The position numbers and the translations under genes were made by a program. Shown here piece by piece: positions 62,906-64,000 of a stretch of DNA of 64,000 nt (its first letter is position 1; each line of letters starts with the position of its first letter). The notes under the pieces are model-generated. The model was given only the letters and a program-made list of their open reading frames with translations. It was not told the origin of the DNA and made no database searches. Source of the DNA: Callorhinchus milii (lineage: Eukaryota); NCBI RefSeq assembly GCF_018977255.1, contig NW_024704743.1, forward strand, positions 104,472,001 through 104,536,000, given 5' to 3'.

Positions 62906-64000
62906 AGTATGGCCAGTATTTTTGTGAACTTTCCTCCTTTGGTTCTCAAAAATGTCAAATAATAATAATACTTGCTTTGGTATAGCACCTTTGATGTGGT
63001 GAGGCCATTTCAGGGTCAGACACTGAGATGACAAAAAAAAAACACTAGATTAGTGCTCTATGCGAGCAGGGATCATTTGCAAAATTTACCGAACAGATGC
63101 CCCATGCCCACATCAACAAATTAATTATCTGTAGGGAACTGATTGGAATAACACCCAATGTAGCTTGAATCCACGTGATGTTTGGTTTGGCAGAAAGCCA
63201 AGATCCTATGGGTTTTATGCTGTTACATGAGCTCCTGCTTACCTATGAGCACATTCATGTTCAAGCTGCCATTTGTCTCATAGGCTTTATCAAGAGACTC
63301 TGAAGGGGCTGCTGACCAAAGCCATCTCTGACATTTCATAACATTCTGGATTGCTCATATTTGCATATGCATCATTGTTCTGTGCATAATTAGCCACCTG
63401 ACAGATCGAGGACTTAAAGGGATCTAAATCGACTGAGATTTTTCCTTTTGATTTCTGCTGTCTCAAACATGGTGAAACGCAGCACATGTTTGAAGAAGAA
63501 ACAGTGATCGAGGAGCTCTTAAATGACGTTTTGTTCAAGAAATCCTGTTTTGCTCAAAGTTTCTTTTGTATAACAACAATGTGCTTTTATATTGTGCCCT
63601 ACACCACACTGGACAGTGTCTTGGAGCACTCTACAGTTGGATGCTGAGTAAGGGAGAAGTGGGAGGTGTCCATAGGCATGGTTGAAGAGGCACCTTTATA
63701 GAAGCATTTCACGTTCTCCGATAGTCTCTGGATCCTCTTGGTGACAGCACAAGGTCAAGATTGACAAACATGACTTACTATTTGATAGTAAACATCTAAA
63801 TAAGTTGTTTTATATATTTTTAACAAATGCTGATTTTCCATCATAGCCATGAGTGTACTTCTCAATTATGTTTTGTTACAAGACAAAGTATCATTGCTCT
63901 CTAAAACCTCTCTCTCTGAGCCGAAGAGATATTGAATGCTGTAAATACATAGAACTCTATTTGAGAAAGGAATTCAGCATTAAACTTTTCAGTTCAATAA

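Overview
Vertebrate genomic DNA, AT-rich and dense in repeats. The repeat content (pyrimidine-rich L2 LINEs with (GTT)n tails, tRNA-Ala-headed SINEs with L2 tails, Deu-domain SINEs, CR1 ends) suggests a cartilaginous fish, probably a chimaera; that is an inference. The one confidently identified gene is gamma-1 syntrophin (SNTG1) on the + strand. Fourteen GT-AG coding exons from ATG 20106 to 60450 splice into 1191 nt (397 aa, MDFRTASEE...FLEVERIQ), covering the split PH1/PDZ region and PH2; the last exons lie beyond the window. Almost all entries in the ORF track are repeat-derived or spurious. I found no convincing novel multi-gene system. The best leads are: a possible decayed piggyBac-like transposase at the left edge; a CpG-rich candidate (possibly divergent) promoter near 13.6-13.9 kb; a cluster of hairpins and a foldback duplication beside a candidate solo LTR (45.7-47.3 kb); two Helitron-like elements carrying (TCTG)n; inverted SINE pairs bracketing an in-frame PDZ exon block; and an antisense terminal-exon-like ORF at 63.3-63.5 kb. 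Family assignments come from recalled consensus features, not database searches. Repeat boundaries are approximate.
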